Assembly: GCA_973895155.1 (NCBI GenBank)
Contig: OZ316897.1
Span: 22,915,455-22,979,454, forward strand
Direction: 5' to 3'
Origin: Marsupella aquatica
Taxonomy: Eukaryota; Plantae; Marchantiophyta
Length of the DNA: 64,000 nucleotides
In this document: in pieces, positions 27,315 to 39,621 of the stretch
Numbering within the stretch: position 1 is the stretch's first letter
How the letters are laid out: each line of letters begins with the position of its first letter
Position numbers and translations under genes: made by a program
Notes under the pieces: model-generated
Seen by the model: the letters and a program-made list of their open reading frames with translations, nothing else
What the model was told of the DNA's origin: nothing
Databases searched by the model: none

Positions 27315-30300
27315 ATGAGTGAAGTGATGAAGGGGAGCGGCCTACTCCTGCCGGGGTCGGGGCCCTCTGTGCAGATTCTGCCACAGCAGCAGGCCCGGAA
27401 CGTCTCCTCTGCCTCCACCTCTCGCTCCACCTCCGCCCTCCCTTCCAACTTCCGGTCCTGTCGACGCTTTCGCCAGCATTCTTCGGATACCATCAGGTCG
27501 TTTCCGAAGTTCCTTCGTACATGTCATTTGAGTGCGTGTTCCTTTGTCCATTTTGACGTCAACACACATTGTTTTCTGCTTGTCTTAAATGTACTGTTCG
27601 GTTCACTTCTCGTGTTTCTCTTCCCGACTTGGAATATAGAAATCCTTAAGCTGGCCTCTTCTGTAATCTTTCACTCATATTTGTTCACCGAGAGGCTCTC
27701 AAAATTGTTTGACATAGACTACTTGGAATGAATGGTTTAGGTTGGGTCCTGCAAATTAGAAGAAGGCTAACTCCCTTCCCTTCCCTTCCCTTCCCTTCCC
27801 CGCTTTGCTTCTACGGTGTCTCCAATGCGCCCATTTAGAGCGTAGATCATTGCCCGCCATTTTTCATCCCCACTAACCGGCGAATTGCACTTTTTCATCT
27901 CTCAGGCATCAACGGCAGCCGGTGCTTCGTTTGGTCAATGAATTACAAAATGGAAGTTTTGCTATAAAGCATCTCCCCTCTTCTTTTCATGGAGACGCCA
28001 GAGCGCTGAAACAGCAGAGGCCATGGTTACAGGAAAAGTTCAAGGAACCACTGAACTTGTATCCCAGCAAGGGACGGAAGAGCACTGTGGATGTCCAGTC
28101 TTCCAATAGCCCGTTTTACGAATCTCATCGAACCCGAGGGAATTATCCCTCCCTAGTCACCCAGCTCCCCACTGCACTTGAGCCCAAATTCCCCTCCTCG
28201 AACGCCGATCAGAACAAGACCAGGAACCACAATTCTCCTGGAAATTTAGACCAAATTTCTTCATCATCAACGCTCGAAGTTGTCCAGCCAGGTTCGAAAG
28301 GAATCTCTAAGCCAGTATCCCCAATTAGGACCATCGCAGAGCATAGAATGTCACGGAGAGCGGAAGAGAGTACATCTGATCAGCGGGTCCCAGGTCCGAA
28401 CGATGGGCGACAAGGTCCAAGAATTGAAACGAGCTACATGGCTGGTAAACAACCTCTCCCAAGAAGCTCAAGCAGAAGTGCCTCTAGCATTTATAATCCG
28501 AATTTCAGTAAGCAGATCGCCGGAGTAGAATCGAAGCATACCATCACTGATCAAACAGTGCGGAGGAGTTCTGACAGTGGTGCTCATCTCCTATCGAATA
28601 GCTATCCCACCCCAATGTCGTACGGGAAAATTGGGACACGAGTAGAGCCATCGTACATCGTTGTTGACCAGGCCAGGAGCTCTCAGAATGGTGCCCATCC
28701 GGCCCCTAACAACTACCGGGGTCCTGCAAGTAGAACTGTGAGCTCGGTCATCAGGCAGATACCCTCTGGCTTTGCGAAGGTTTACACCCCGTCCCAACAG
28801 CGGGTGGAGCAGGAGATTGATTCATTTCGTGATCAATGGAGGCTTCAGAAGATTACTGCCGACGTATTTAGGAGGGAAGCTCAATCAGCACAGCCAAGGT
28901 ACAGACGGGAAGCTGAGGCCTTCGCTGGTTTTCAAGGTGCGAGGGGGCATGGCAACAGCAATGTAGCCCAATTGGAGGCACCACCCCCTAAACCTCGCCC
29001 AGGAGCATCCAAATGGAGAGAAGCTGCAAGGATGATCGAGCAAAGCCGGAACCCTGTATACAAGGTTGACGGTGGGACTGAATTACGTCAACAGAACACT
29101 GACAGCTTGACTGTGGAACTCAAAGAAGTAGGTGACATAAAAGCGAATTTAACTAGCAGTTTAACTGCAAACGAAGTGCTGGAAATTCATGAGCCGGAAC
29201 CAGAAATCGAGCAACTAGAAAAGGAGCATCCAGATAAGGAGCAATTAGAAAAGGAGCATCCAAATAAGGAGCAACTAGAAAAGCAGCATCAAGATAAGGA
29301 GCAACTAGATGAGGAGCAGCTGTGGATGAATGCTGACGTATTGGTTGTAAGCGATGCAACTACTGCTGGAGCTGTTGTGGAGAAACTCACTGGACAATAC
29401 AAAGACCTCATACACGCATGTGATACAGAGGCAACTTCTTTTTCTCCCTTTCCGGGCTCTCGAGTGTTTGAGGCTTGCCTGTTCGAACTGTTTCCCTAAG
29501 AATGGCATCAGAGGTCGAGTAGACATGTCTTTCGCAGTTTCTTTTTCGAAAACTTGTGTTTTTGTTGATTGATTGCACTTAGCTCGTATTGACCTCTCAT
29601 TCCTGACTCTGCAGGTGGCCGACATTGATGTGAAGAAAGAGAGCCCAGTTGGGCATGGACGCATGATCTGCTTCAGTATCTATTGCGGACCCAAAACTGA
29701 CTTTGGAGGGGGAAAAACCCGTGTATGGGTTGATGTACTCGACAAACCAGAAGTACTTCAACTCTTCAAATCCTATTTTGAGGACTCTGGAATCCGAAAG
29801 GTATGTATGATTTCCAATGTGGTTGAAAAATAAGACGAAAATTTGCTCATTGTGTGAAATGAAGGCGTAACTCTGTACTTAATTCGATCGTAGCATAGTG
29901 TCGGGTGAGTTCGTCCAACTTGAACAGGTCACAATTTTGAATGGATTGAAAGTTAAGAACGCGTGTGGATGGGCTAGAGCAAGACTGACTTTTCCGCGGA
30001 CATATCTGACTTATAACTTTTGCTGCAGGTTTGGCACAACTACAGTTTTGACAAGCATATCCTCGCGAACTGTGGGATTAGTGCTCAGGGGTTCTACGCA
30101 GATACAATGCATCTAGCCCGACTGTATGACTCTGCACGGACTGTGGCACAGGGAGGGTATTCTCTGGAAGGGCTCACTAGTGATAGACACTTGATGGGTG
30201 GTCATTGGGGGGAGCTGAAACTGGAGGAGGAATCTGCCGGGAAGCGATCTATGAAACAGCTTTTTGGGAAGCCCAACATCAAGAAAAATGGTGAAGAAGG

Positions 30301-33300
30301 GAAATTGTTAGTTGTGCCACCCGTTGAAGACCTTCAGACACAATTAGAGTGGCAAGACAAGTGGATCCACTATTCGGCTTTTGACACTGTTTGTACATGG
30401 TGTCTCTGGGATAGCCTCCAAAGCAAACTAAAAGTGAAAAAGTGGATGATTGAGGGCAAGTTTGTCCAGAAAGGAAAGTCGATGTATGACTTCTATTTGA
30501 AGTACGTGCAGCCATTTGGGGAACTTTTGGTACAGATGGAGGCCGAGGGGATGATGCTGGATCGCGACCACCTGGCGAAGATCGAGGAAGTTGCTGTTAC
30601 GCAGCAGGAGTTTGCAGTCAACCATTTTAAAAAATGGGCAGCCAAGAGATGCCCTGATGCTATTTACATGAATGTTGGGAGTGATGCTCAAATTCGGCAG
30701 CTTTTATTTGGGGGAAAAGAGAAAAGGTATAAATTCATGATTTTCATATACGGCCGAATTTCACGTTAAGATGTTGTTCACTTTAGTCGCACCATGTTGA
30801 TAATGGGTATGGATGATCTAGCATAGGTGAGGTGGAGAAGCCCTATTCGCGAAATGCATCTGATGACTTGGTCTTGCTCTGTTATTTTCAGAAATGACCC
30901 CAATAATAGGCTTGAGATGGAGCGCACCTTCAATGCTCCGAATACTGAAAATTACATCGAGGAGGGTAGGAAGGTTCCCAAAAAGACGAGGCCTTTCACT
31001 CTCTGCGGTCTTGGAGTCGATATGCCAGTCGATACCTATACATCTGCGGGGTGGCCAGCAGTTGGGGGTGATGCTCTGAAGGCATTGGCTGGAAAAGTCT
31101 CATTAGATTATGACATGTTGGCTGAAGAAGAGCCTGCCGAGGGGTTGCGCTTGGAGGCTTCTGACGAGGACTCCGGTGTTTTGACACTGACCGGAGTTAA
31201 AGGGGGTTCCGAGGAGGATTTGTCTGTTTATGGCAAAGCATATAACGCCTTCGGGGGTGGGAAGGAGGGAAAAGAAGCATGCATGGCCTTAGCAGCTCTC
31301 TGCGAGGTTGCTTCGATCAACACTCTCATCTCAAACTTTATTCAGCCTTTGCAGGTCAGTAGTACTAGAAGACTCAAGTGCAATGAGAATACATTGCCTC
31401 CCTTGCTAGATTCTCTCCCGTTGTGGTTTCTGAAGCTTGGACTGTATTGGCTAAATCACCTTTTGGTATTGCTGCTCCGTAGAACAATTGTGGACACATT
31501 GTTGTCGAGATATCCTTAGAGCCTATCTTAAGGATACACGCAAGTTCTTACTTTTCTAGTATTGAACACCAGGGGAATGACATCAAAGGACCTGATGGAC
31601 GTATCCATTGCTCCCTCAATATAAATACCGAAACTGGGCGGTTGTCGGCAAGGAGGCCAAGTTTACAGGTGGCTTCTGTGCTTCGACAGACTCGTAGTCA
31701 TTTTTATTTAATCTAAGGTGTATTTCGTTAAGGAAAGAAAGTGAATTGACGTTCAACTTTGAGAAAAGTTCGGAAGTAGGAGAGGAAATGTATTTCGTCT
31801 TGTCCTTGTAGCATATTCTCCGCCGGGTTTGTTTACTTACTGAACAGGAATTTCCTCTCTTTACAATAAATGATCAACGGTAACTAGCACTTTAGAGTCC
31901 TCACTTTCGTCAAGGGGCCAGCTAACTAGGACTCGTAGAGTTCTCTCTCTCGTGAAGGGACAGGCGACTTTACATACCATTTTAATTGTTGAACTGAATC
32001 AGATAGTGCTCTCTTTCTTTGTTACAGAATCAACCTGCCTTGGAGAAGGACCGATATAAAATCCGGCAGGCTTTCGTTGCTGCTCCCGGGAAATCTCTCA
32101 TTGTTGCTGACTATGGCCAGGTTTAATGCCCCCAAAATCAAATCTTCCCTTCAGTAATTGTGCTGTCGATTGAGATTGTGCGATGCCTGTGTATCTCAAA
32201 GAAGATAAAAATCGTAGGCTCACTTTTCGAATGTATTTCTTGCAGTTGGAGCTGAGAATACTTGCCCACCTGACAGATTGCAAGAGCATGCTGAAGGCCT
32301 TTTCCGATGGTGGGGATTTTCATTCCCGAACTGCAATGAATATGTATTCCCATGTACGGGCAGCGGTTGAAAATGGTGATGTGATTTTGGAATGGGAGCC
32401 GAAGCCTGGTGAAAAAAAGCCACCAGTTCCTCTGCTCAAGGTGAGCCTTGGAAACTCGTCGCTTGACACGTCCCCGCTTCTTCTGCAAATCTTTTTCAGG
32501 GCGATGCTTTTTCTGGGATGCATGTTTTACAGGCACCGATGTCTCATCTATTCAATCCAGAATAGATTTTGAGATGGGATATGGTGAAATGCGTTCCCAT
32601 AGACGCTGAGGTGCATGCAATAATCTCGCAGGATGTGTTTGGAGCCGAGAGAAGAAAGGCAAAGATGTTGAATTTTTCAATTGCGTACGGGAAGACCGCC
32701 ATGGGACTCTCCAAGGACTGGAAGGTAATGCCAAAGGAGTTAAGTTGATGTCAACTAGCACAGTGGTAATGGGTTTTGCTAACATTTCAATGGATTCTAA
32801 AATCTGTTGTCCATTAAATTTTGGAGAGGAATGGTTAACATAAATACATTCTGGGAACTTTCTAGGCATATTCATATTTTTTACGCGTGCGTGCTCTAAG
32901 CGAACACATGTAAAGAAAAGCCCTTGATTACAAGACGGCGACGGAGAATGGGGTGAAGTGGAAAACCTAACTATTCTGGGTCAGGATCTGAAGTGCACGA
33001 AACAGTGACAGCTGAGTGGATGCAAAGCCCTAAAGATACATCGGCTCAAAAATACCTTTTGTCCAGGGATGAGAAATTTTGCCATAGCTATGGTCTGTTG
33101 GACGTCTACGTTTCGTTCATGAGATTCATTGAGCACTGTATGTTGGATTCAATTTTATTGGACGATCGATTTTCTAAATGTTGAAGCTGGGTTTATCTGA
33201 AGTAGCTAAATGGAGTTTGCTGTCCAAGTTATGCTCATCTGTTTTGATGGCTCGTTGCTACTGGTGAATGGAACTTCGAAGATGCTTACTATATGTATCG

Positions 33301-34285
33301 GTCAACGTATCCTGAAAAATTCTCCAGGTTTCCCTGGATGAAGCCAAGTCGACAGTGGAGCTGTGGTACAGTGACAGGCAAGAAGTGTTAAGATGGCAGA
33401 AGCAGCGCATCAAGGAAGCTAACGAGACTCATCATGTGCATACCCTCCTTGGCCGGACTCGCCACTTTCCTGATATGAAGTCCAATAGTAAGCTGGTTCG
33501 AGGACACATTGAACGAGCTGCCATTAACACTCCTGTTCAGGTATCAATTCGAGAGATTCCATTATCCCAGTGCGAAATGAAAACTCGGAAATTTTAGCAT
33601 TTACGTTTCTATCAATTCAAGTGTATTTGATTTGTATATCCGACGATAATGTGTCAGAATGCATGTAAGAGCTAGTTTGGCGACGTGGATAGTCAGTCAA
33701 ATGTAACGGCCAATTCTAGTTCGACGAAAGCGCTTGCCCAGCTCCATAGCTTGCTGTAACTTGCAACTTAAACTTGGACCACCACTTTCTTTATTAATCT
33801 TATTACATTGGATGGCATTTTTTATATACACAGGGAAGTGCTGCAGATGTTGCCATGTGTGCCATGCTAGAAATCAGCAGAAATAAAACGTTACAAGACC
33901 TTGGCTGGAAATTATTGCTTCAGGTTCGTTTACATTTATCTTGGCTTACTTCAAAACGACCTTAGAATTTACGTGTGTTCCATTTTTAAAATTCTGCTCT
34001 TGTGATATACGTTGATGAGTTTCGAAAAGTTTTTTTGTAATCGCCAGTTCAGATGTCTACAACTCCATCAAATTCGTAGGGTACCCTTGGTGTTCTGATA
34101 CCAACGATTCGCGCTGGCCGTAGGTACATGATGAAGTAATCTTGGAGGGCCCGAAGGAGAGTGCAGCCGTGGCCAAAGACATAGTTGTGAAATGCATGGG
34201 TTTTCCATTTGGTGGGAAAAACAACCTGAGAGTTGCACTGGCTGTGGATGCCAATTTTGCAGAAAGTTGGTACGCAGCCAAGTGA
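27315..34285 (+). CDS. POP: Plant organellar DNA polymerase (POP, family A / Pol I-like) with 3'-5' exonuclease, ~12 exons
   Basis: Exo domain HACDTE|VADIDVKKESPVGHG...KVWHNYSFD...ADTMHLARL. Polymerase motif A LIVADYGQLELRILAH, motif B ERRKAKMLNFSIAYGKT, motif C LQVHDEVILEGP; also ERAAINTPVQGSAADVAM and C-terminal WYAAK*. Approximate exons: 27315-27496, 27906-29430, 29615-29800, 30029-30726, 30892-31354, 31572-31668, 32028-32120, 32246-32440, 32632-32724, 33328-33540, 33834-33923, 34123-34285. The start codon is inferred. Confidence 0.94.
29209..29320 (+). repeat. Coding 30-bp minisatellite in POP exon 2, (EQLEKEHPDK)-like x3.5
   Basis: GAGCAA(C/T)TAGAAAAG(G/C)AGCATC(C/A)A(G/A)ATAAG repeated in frame: EQLEKEHPDK EQLEKEHPNK EQLEKQHQDK EQLDEEQL. 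Confidence 0.85.
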
Positions 34286-36953
34286 GAAACAGGTAATAGC
34301 ATTCACAAGCGTCCGATCGCTGATTTTCCTACCAGCCAAGGTTTACATCTATTGCTGGCTGGGATTTCACGTCAGTGATCCAAGTTTTGATAAGCTCCCT
34401 GCTGTCGTGGGCTTGTCTCCTCTGCAAATCGCACACCAACTTCGGTCTTCATTAGCCCCCCTTGATTTTCACCTAATGAGTTTATGTCAAAGATCGTCTT
34501 ACTCTTAAAATACTTTTTTGAGAAGCTCCACTGATCCCCGAAAATTTTGATTATTTCTACGTCTTTCAATTAGCCTTTTTTGTACCCTGTTGCCATGATT
34601 GTATGCCGGGATATTCAGTATGGCCAGCTGGACACTAGCAGAATTAGTGTCTGGTTCTTCTGACAACTTTCTTGACTTTTCTTGGTTAAGAAGGGTCTGT
34701 ACTCTCGTAGGGAAGTTGTATGAAACGTTTCCAAGGATAATATGGAGAATTAAACTTAGTGGTAGTTACCGCCATAGTAGACGGTGAGCAGTGGTTTAGG
34801 AACTAGCTTTATTGAGCCATTTAAAAAGGATCTTCAATCATATTTGAGAAGTGTCCGGACTGTGATTCGGAATCATTTCGGCGAGTGAGAATCACTGCCT
34901 ACTCTGAAATACCGTAATCTGAGATATTTCTCTTGTGCAGTAACGAGTTTTGTGGTGTCTTGCCTCGAGCAAATTTTTCAATAGCTTCTATCTTCATCAT
35001 GAGGTTTTGCTTACTTCGTGTGCAGTACTCTGGGTGCTAAGAATTGCATTGAACCTCTCCTGGTCCGGGACGGGATGAGTGATTGGACCACTTGTAGAGT
35101 TGATAGAGGCTGCCTACTACTCCCTCCAGGCCCTGTTCGTCGCTTCGGTGGGCTCAATGTTAAATCGGTTTTAGATGGACCTTTGCAACCATGGGATTTC
35201 TTTCAGAAGCTGAGACGTCGTGCTCGTCAAACTGATTTCTCCCAGAAGTTGACAGAAACCTTCACCAATTGAACTTCTGGACAACAGTGAAATATGGGTT
35301 CTCCTCCCCTGCGAGCCGAAATGGGAATTTTGTGTGCGAATGAAGCATTTCCTTTCTACAGTTCCCACAGGTGCAGAGCAAGGGGAAGAGATTTGGTTTT
35401 TGTGACGAAGTGCATGCCCGTTTTTACTAAATGATTCAACTAATTTGTGAGAAAAACTAAACAATTATAGAACATTGTAGTCACGATTATAGTCACATTA
35501 TAGTCACATTCACCTGATTCATTCTTATTGCATGATTCAACTGGAGGTACTCTATCTTACCATAGTCAGTGTTGCTGCTAAAATAATGTGACTAACACTA
35601 ATTTGTGAGAAAAAAATGTTTTGGAGCTCAAAGCACAATGTTTACCATAGTCATAGTTAGTGTTCATCCTAAAATAGTCTGACTACAAGTAATATGTGAG
35701 TAAGGAAATTTTGGAGCACTAAGCAGACTAATTGTGGAACACACTAACATAATACTAAAATCAATTATTCCTATAAAGACAGTAGAAGAATTTATGATCT
35801 CATATAAGGGTCAATTAGATGTCAAAACTGTCAAAAAAACCTCCTCTTTGTCACAACATCTTCATTTACGAGGCAGCCAGATTTACGGTTTCATGCTAAC
35901 ATAGAGTGTAAATAGAATTCAAAAATGTAAAAAAACTGTTTGTCACAACATCATCATATTCCAGACAACAAAACTCATGGTTTCATGCTACTATGTAGGT
36001 TTGGTATGAGTTCCCGATCACATTATCAATCGTCCAAGAATGTGAGCTAATTTCCATGATTAGAGTTATTTTTAACTTTAATTGCATCACTTGTATTCAT
36101 GATTTCATGCTACTAACTATATAGTTCTGGTATCAATATCCCATCACATTATCAATCATCCAAGAATGTGAGCTAAAATAATGCATGTTATTTATAGCTA
36201 ACTTTCATAATTCATGTTATTTATAACTCTAACTAGCTCAGTACCTGTATGTTGCACAAAATATGTCATTGTGTAACAGATGTCGATGTAGAGTAGACGT
36301 CAATGCTAACAAGATGCCATTATGCAAAAAAATCCAAATTGGAAAAACATGGGAGGGGGCAAAGTGTTGATGGGGCCGGAAGGAAGATATTGGACAATTG
36401 TTGGATTCTCTCGTTATGTAAAAGATGTTATGGAGTAAATTGTTGAGGGAAAGAAGTATTGTGGAAGTAAGGTGAACTTTTGCACCATATGTCCAGGCAT
36501 GCATTGCACAATTATCATTGCAACTATCTTGTGCTTGCTATTTGGTTGTCACTGCGGATGTGTTGTGGTTCTAAAAGTCAATTGTTATTTCAACTCAATT
36601 ATCATTGCAGCCTTGTGATTGTTGCCAAAGTGTTGGCTCTCCAGCCATATCATTTGTGGAATTATGTTATGGTTACAGAAGTGTCATTTGGGTGCATGAT
36701 TGCTGACACAACAATGTTGTCATTTTAGTTGACGTGGTTGCTGTGAAATTGATGTTGTTCAGGAAAGATGATGTTGTTAGCACATGAATTACACCTTGTA
36801 CTCTACAGTACCTTACAAATACTTTTGGGTACCCATTTCAGTCAATCCAAGATTATTAAATAATCCTGGATAACACCTGCCAGCATAGTATTGTTACTTC
36901 CTTTTTCATATTCGAAAACAGACAAGGATGAATTTGTAGAAAACTTGGATATG

Positions 36954-39379
36954 ATTAAGATTGATTGCTTAGACTCTCATCAGAGGATAGTTAAATACAT
37001 AGGAGTGGTGACACAGCACGAGACACGACAACAAGAAAGTCGTGACGTGACACAATATGGGACACAAAGTATATGCAAGAGGAAATAAGTGCCATTGAGA
37101 TAAAAGGCATATTAACAAATGACTACTAATCTAGTCCTGGATACCTGCCAGAATGGCAGCGAGATCCAAGGGAGAAACAACAACAGCTCACAGACTGTCT
37201 CTGTGAGGTGGATATTTGAACACCTCCTCTTGACCTTGGATTTCTCGACCACAGAATTAGCAAATGGTCCTATACAAATGTCCATAGAAGTACTGGGAAT
37301 TTCTAATCCCAATCAGACCCAAAGGGTTTCATAGTCTAAGAATGAGAAGATTGAACAAGTGCTCCATCAAGTGAAGCTACAAGATATAGTTGAGCCCGCA
37401 CCAGCTGGTGGGGCAGCTTCAGTCAATCAAAGCTCCACGAATGTGATGGGTGGAACACAGCAGCAATCCGCAACATCTTAATGAGCTACAACATCTACTG
37501 GATCTTCATTGAGAGGAGAAATCATAGTTCCTCCCGACCTACAAGAGAAGTGCGATAGGGTAATTATCATTATTACTGCTGTTTCTTGCCCTTCCATGAC
37601 ACTGTTCATTAAAAACTTCGTAGCGATCCTGCTGTTGTATGGGCAATGCCGTGAAGGAAATATCAGGCACCTTCTCTTGAGAGAAGATAGGCTTGAAAAT
37701 GATCTTTGGCTTCTTAAATATAATCACTGAATCTGTGGAAGATTACTTTAAAAGGTAGAAAAGATAATCATGGATCTTGGCAGCATAAGAGAAGAGATCC
37801 AATCCAAACTCATTCAAATCGTGTATAGAAATATGCTTGAATCTTGGTCTTCTTATTTGTCATCCTATGCACTGATGATTGAAGACAATTCAAACGAAAC
37901 CTTGTTTCAGCACTTGTTGAGGCTCCAAAGAGCTTCTTGTCCTCATCCTGGTCCTCACTAAAGGTGCCATTCGCATAGTCAAGTCCCTTTGTCCACATTT
38001 CGATAGCGGAAGTCTGAGAGAAGCGACAGTAAAAGGGCCAACTTGCATGTGAAGGGTCTTTCAAAAAACAGCCCTCAACTTGAGTCGTGTGTGGATATGA
38101 ATGAGCGAAAATTTTCTGGCAGTACATGGGTACCGCCTTGGTCAACAAGAGCAATGGCAATTGGAGAATACCCTCTCATCTGCTAGGCCTGATGGCATAG
38201 ATTGTTGGGTTTTAAGGGCAAGGACTAAAAGGTTTCCGGGACCTGCACCCTTGCAAGTCCCGACCTTTGCCTTGTGAAAAAAACAAAAGAAAATGTACAC
38301 TTGTTACAAACTGTGTGGTAGTTGTGAAGTGTTAGGATTTACTCTTAGGTCCAAAGTTACGACTATATCACAGTTAGGGCTAACCTTAGTTGTAGACTAG
38401 GTTAGGTTAGTCAAGTTGCACACACACTATACCCAAACGGTGTTTGTTTGGAGAGTGGGAACTCAGGCTCATTGTTACAGAGCCAGTTGAGAGATAGGGA
38501 GAGCTTGTGCCGTGGATGCTTGGTATGGCTAGTCGGCCTAGAGTATAGTAAAGCTCTTGTGTGTTCCCGTGGACGTAGCCTCATGTGGAGGTGAACCACA
38601 GATCTCTCAGTGTCGATACTTGTGTGGTGGATGGTTCATGGGCTTGCCGTTGTGATTGTCGTTTATGTTGAACATGAAATAGAGACCAAGATTTGTGTCA
38701 GATTGTGTTATCATGGAAGTGCTACGTTTTCCTAAGAGTATGGGAGCACAATGGGTCGCATGCTTCTTGAGGGTTCTTACATGTGAGTTGGCCCTTAGCA
38801 TTGGGTTCCATGGGGCTGGGAGTAGAAAGTTCAGATATGTTTAAGCCAATAAGATTGCAGCATTTCCAGGGAGAGGGGTGTACAAATAATGTAGAGTATA
38901 TGATTTTCCCTCAACTTGGATTCCTTCACCTCTTAGAGCTAGGTTTTATGGGCCGGAGGCAGGGAGGCCGGAGGCAGGGAGTAAGATCACTCCCTCTCAC
39001 ACCCCTGGGCCCAAATATGCTGCCAAAGTATACATAGTATTTTAAACGGATGATTTTCTACTTAGGAGCCAACCTAGCTCTAAGGTGAAGGAATCCCCAG
39101 AGCGGAGCTTTCGATAGCATGATTAATTAATTAAGATTGCCTGCTTAGTCCCTCATCAGAGGATCGTTAAAGACATAGGAGAGGTGACATAGAGGTGACG
39201 TGACATAATATGCGACACTAGAAAAGTAAACGCAAGAGGACATAAGGGCCACTACGATAAAAGGCATGCGAATAAATGTCTACTAATCGAATCCTGGATA
39301 CCAGCTAGAATGGCAGCTAGATCCAATGGAGAAACGACACCAACTCGTAGACTGTCGCTGTGAGGTGGGTGCTTTAACA
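36954..39379 (+). repeat. Dispersed direct repeat (~250 bp, diverged): copies at ~36954-37220 and ~39130-39379, the latter upstream of the EthD gene
   Basis: Shared collinear blocks TTAAGATTG..TGCTTAG...CTCATCAGAGGAT.GTTAAA.ACATAGGAG, GTGACGTGACA, GCAAGAGGA, GATAAAAGGCAT, CTACTAATC, TCCTGGATACC, AGAATGGCAGC.AGATCCAA.GGAGAAAC, AGACTGTC.CTGTGAGGTGG. Confidence 0.8.
38329..38780 (+). mobile_element. Probable Copia-type solo LTR
   Basis: Begins TGTTAGG and ends ...TTACA. Contains CCCGTGGACGTAGCC...GGTGAACCAC, a motif common in plant Copia LTR U5 regions. No exact TSD found. Confidence 0.45.
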
Positions 39380-39621
39380 GGACTTGGGGTAATCCCTCAT
39401 AATAGTTGTAGATTGCATGACTCGTGACCATCTCTGGTGGGATTCCAAACATTTGCGAGCTCGAGAATTCACTTTTGTTCAAAACACCATAAAACTTGTT
39501 TGCAAATCTGCTCGAGCTGACTTGAGGAGCACGGCAAGAGCTCATCTGGAGCACCAGCTTACTCTGGAATGTGAATTGAAATCATTCACTTCCGTCAAAT
39601 CAAACCATCCACAGCATTCAA

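Noticed and set aside
26798-27493. 231-aa minus-strand ORF overlapping the POP leader and exon 1
   Set aside because: Pro/Ser/Leu-rich translation of the antisense of a GA-rich 5' leader; no domain and a non-ATG start, so a compositional artefact.
37220-38160. Decayed ORF-like stretch between the duplicated blocks
   Set aside because: Multiple stops and no identifiable domain; probably TE debris.
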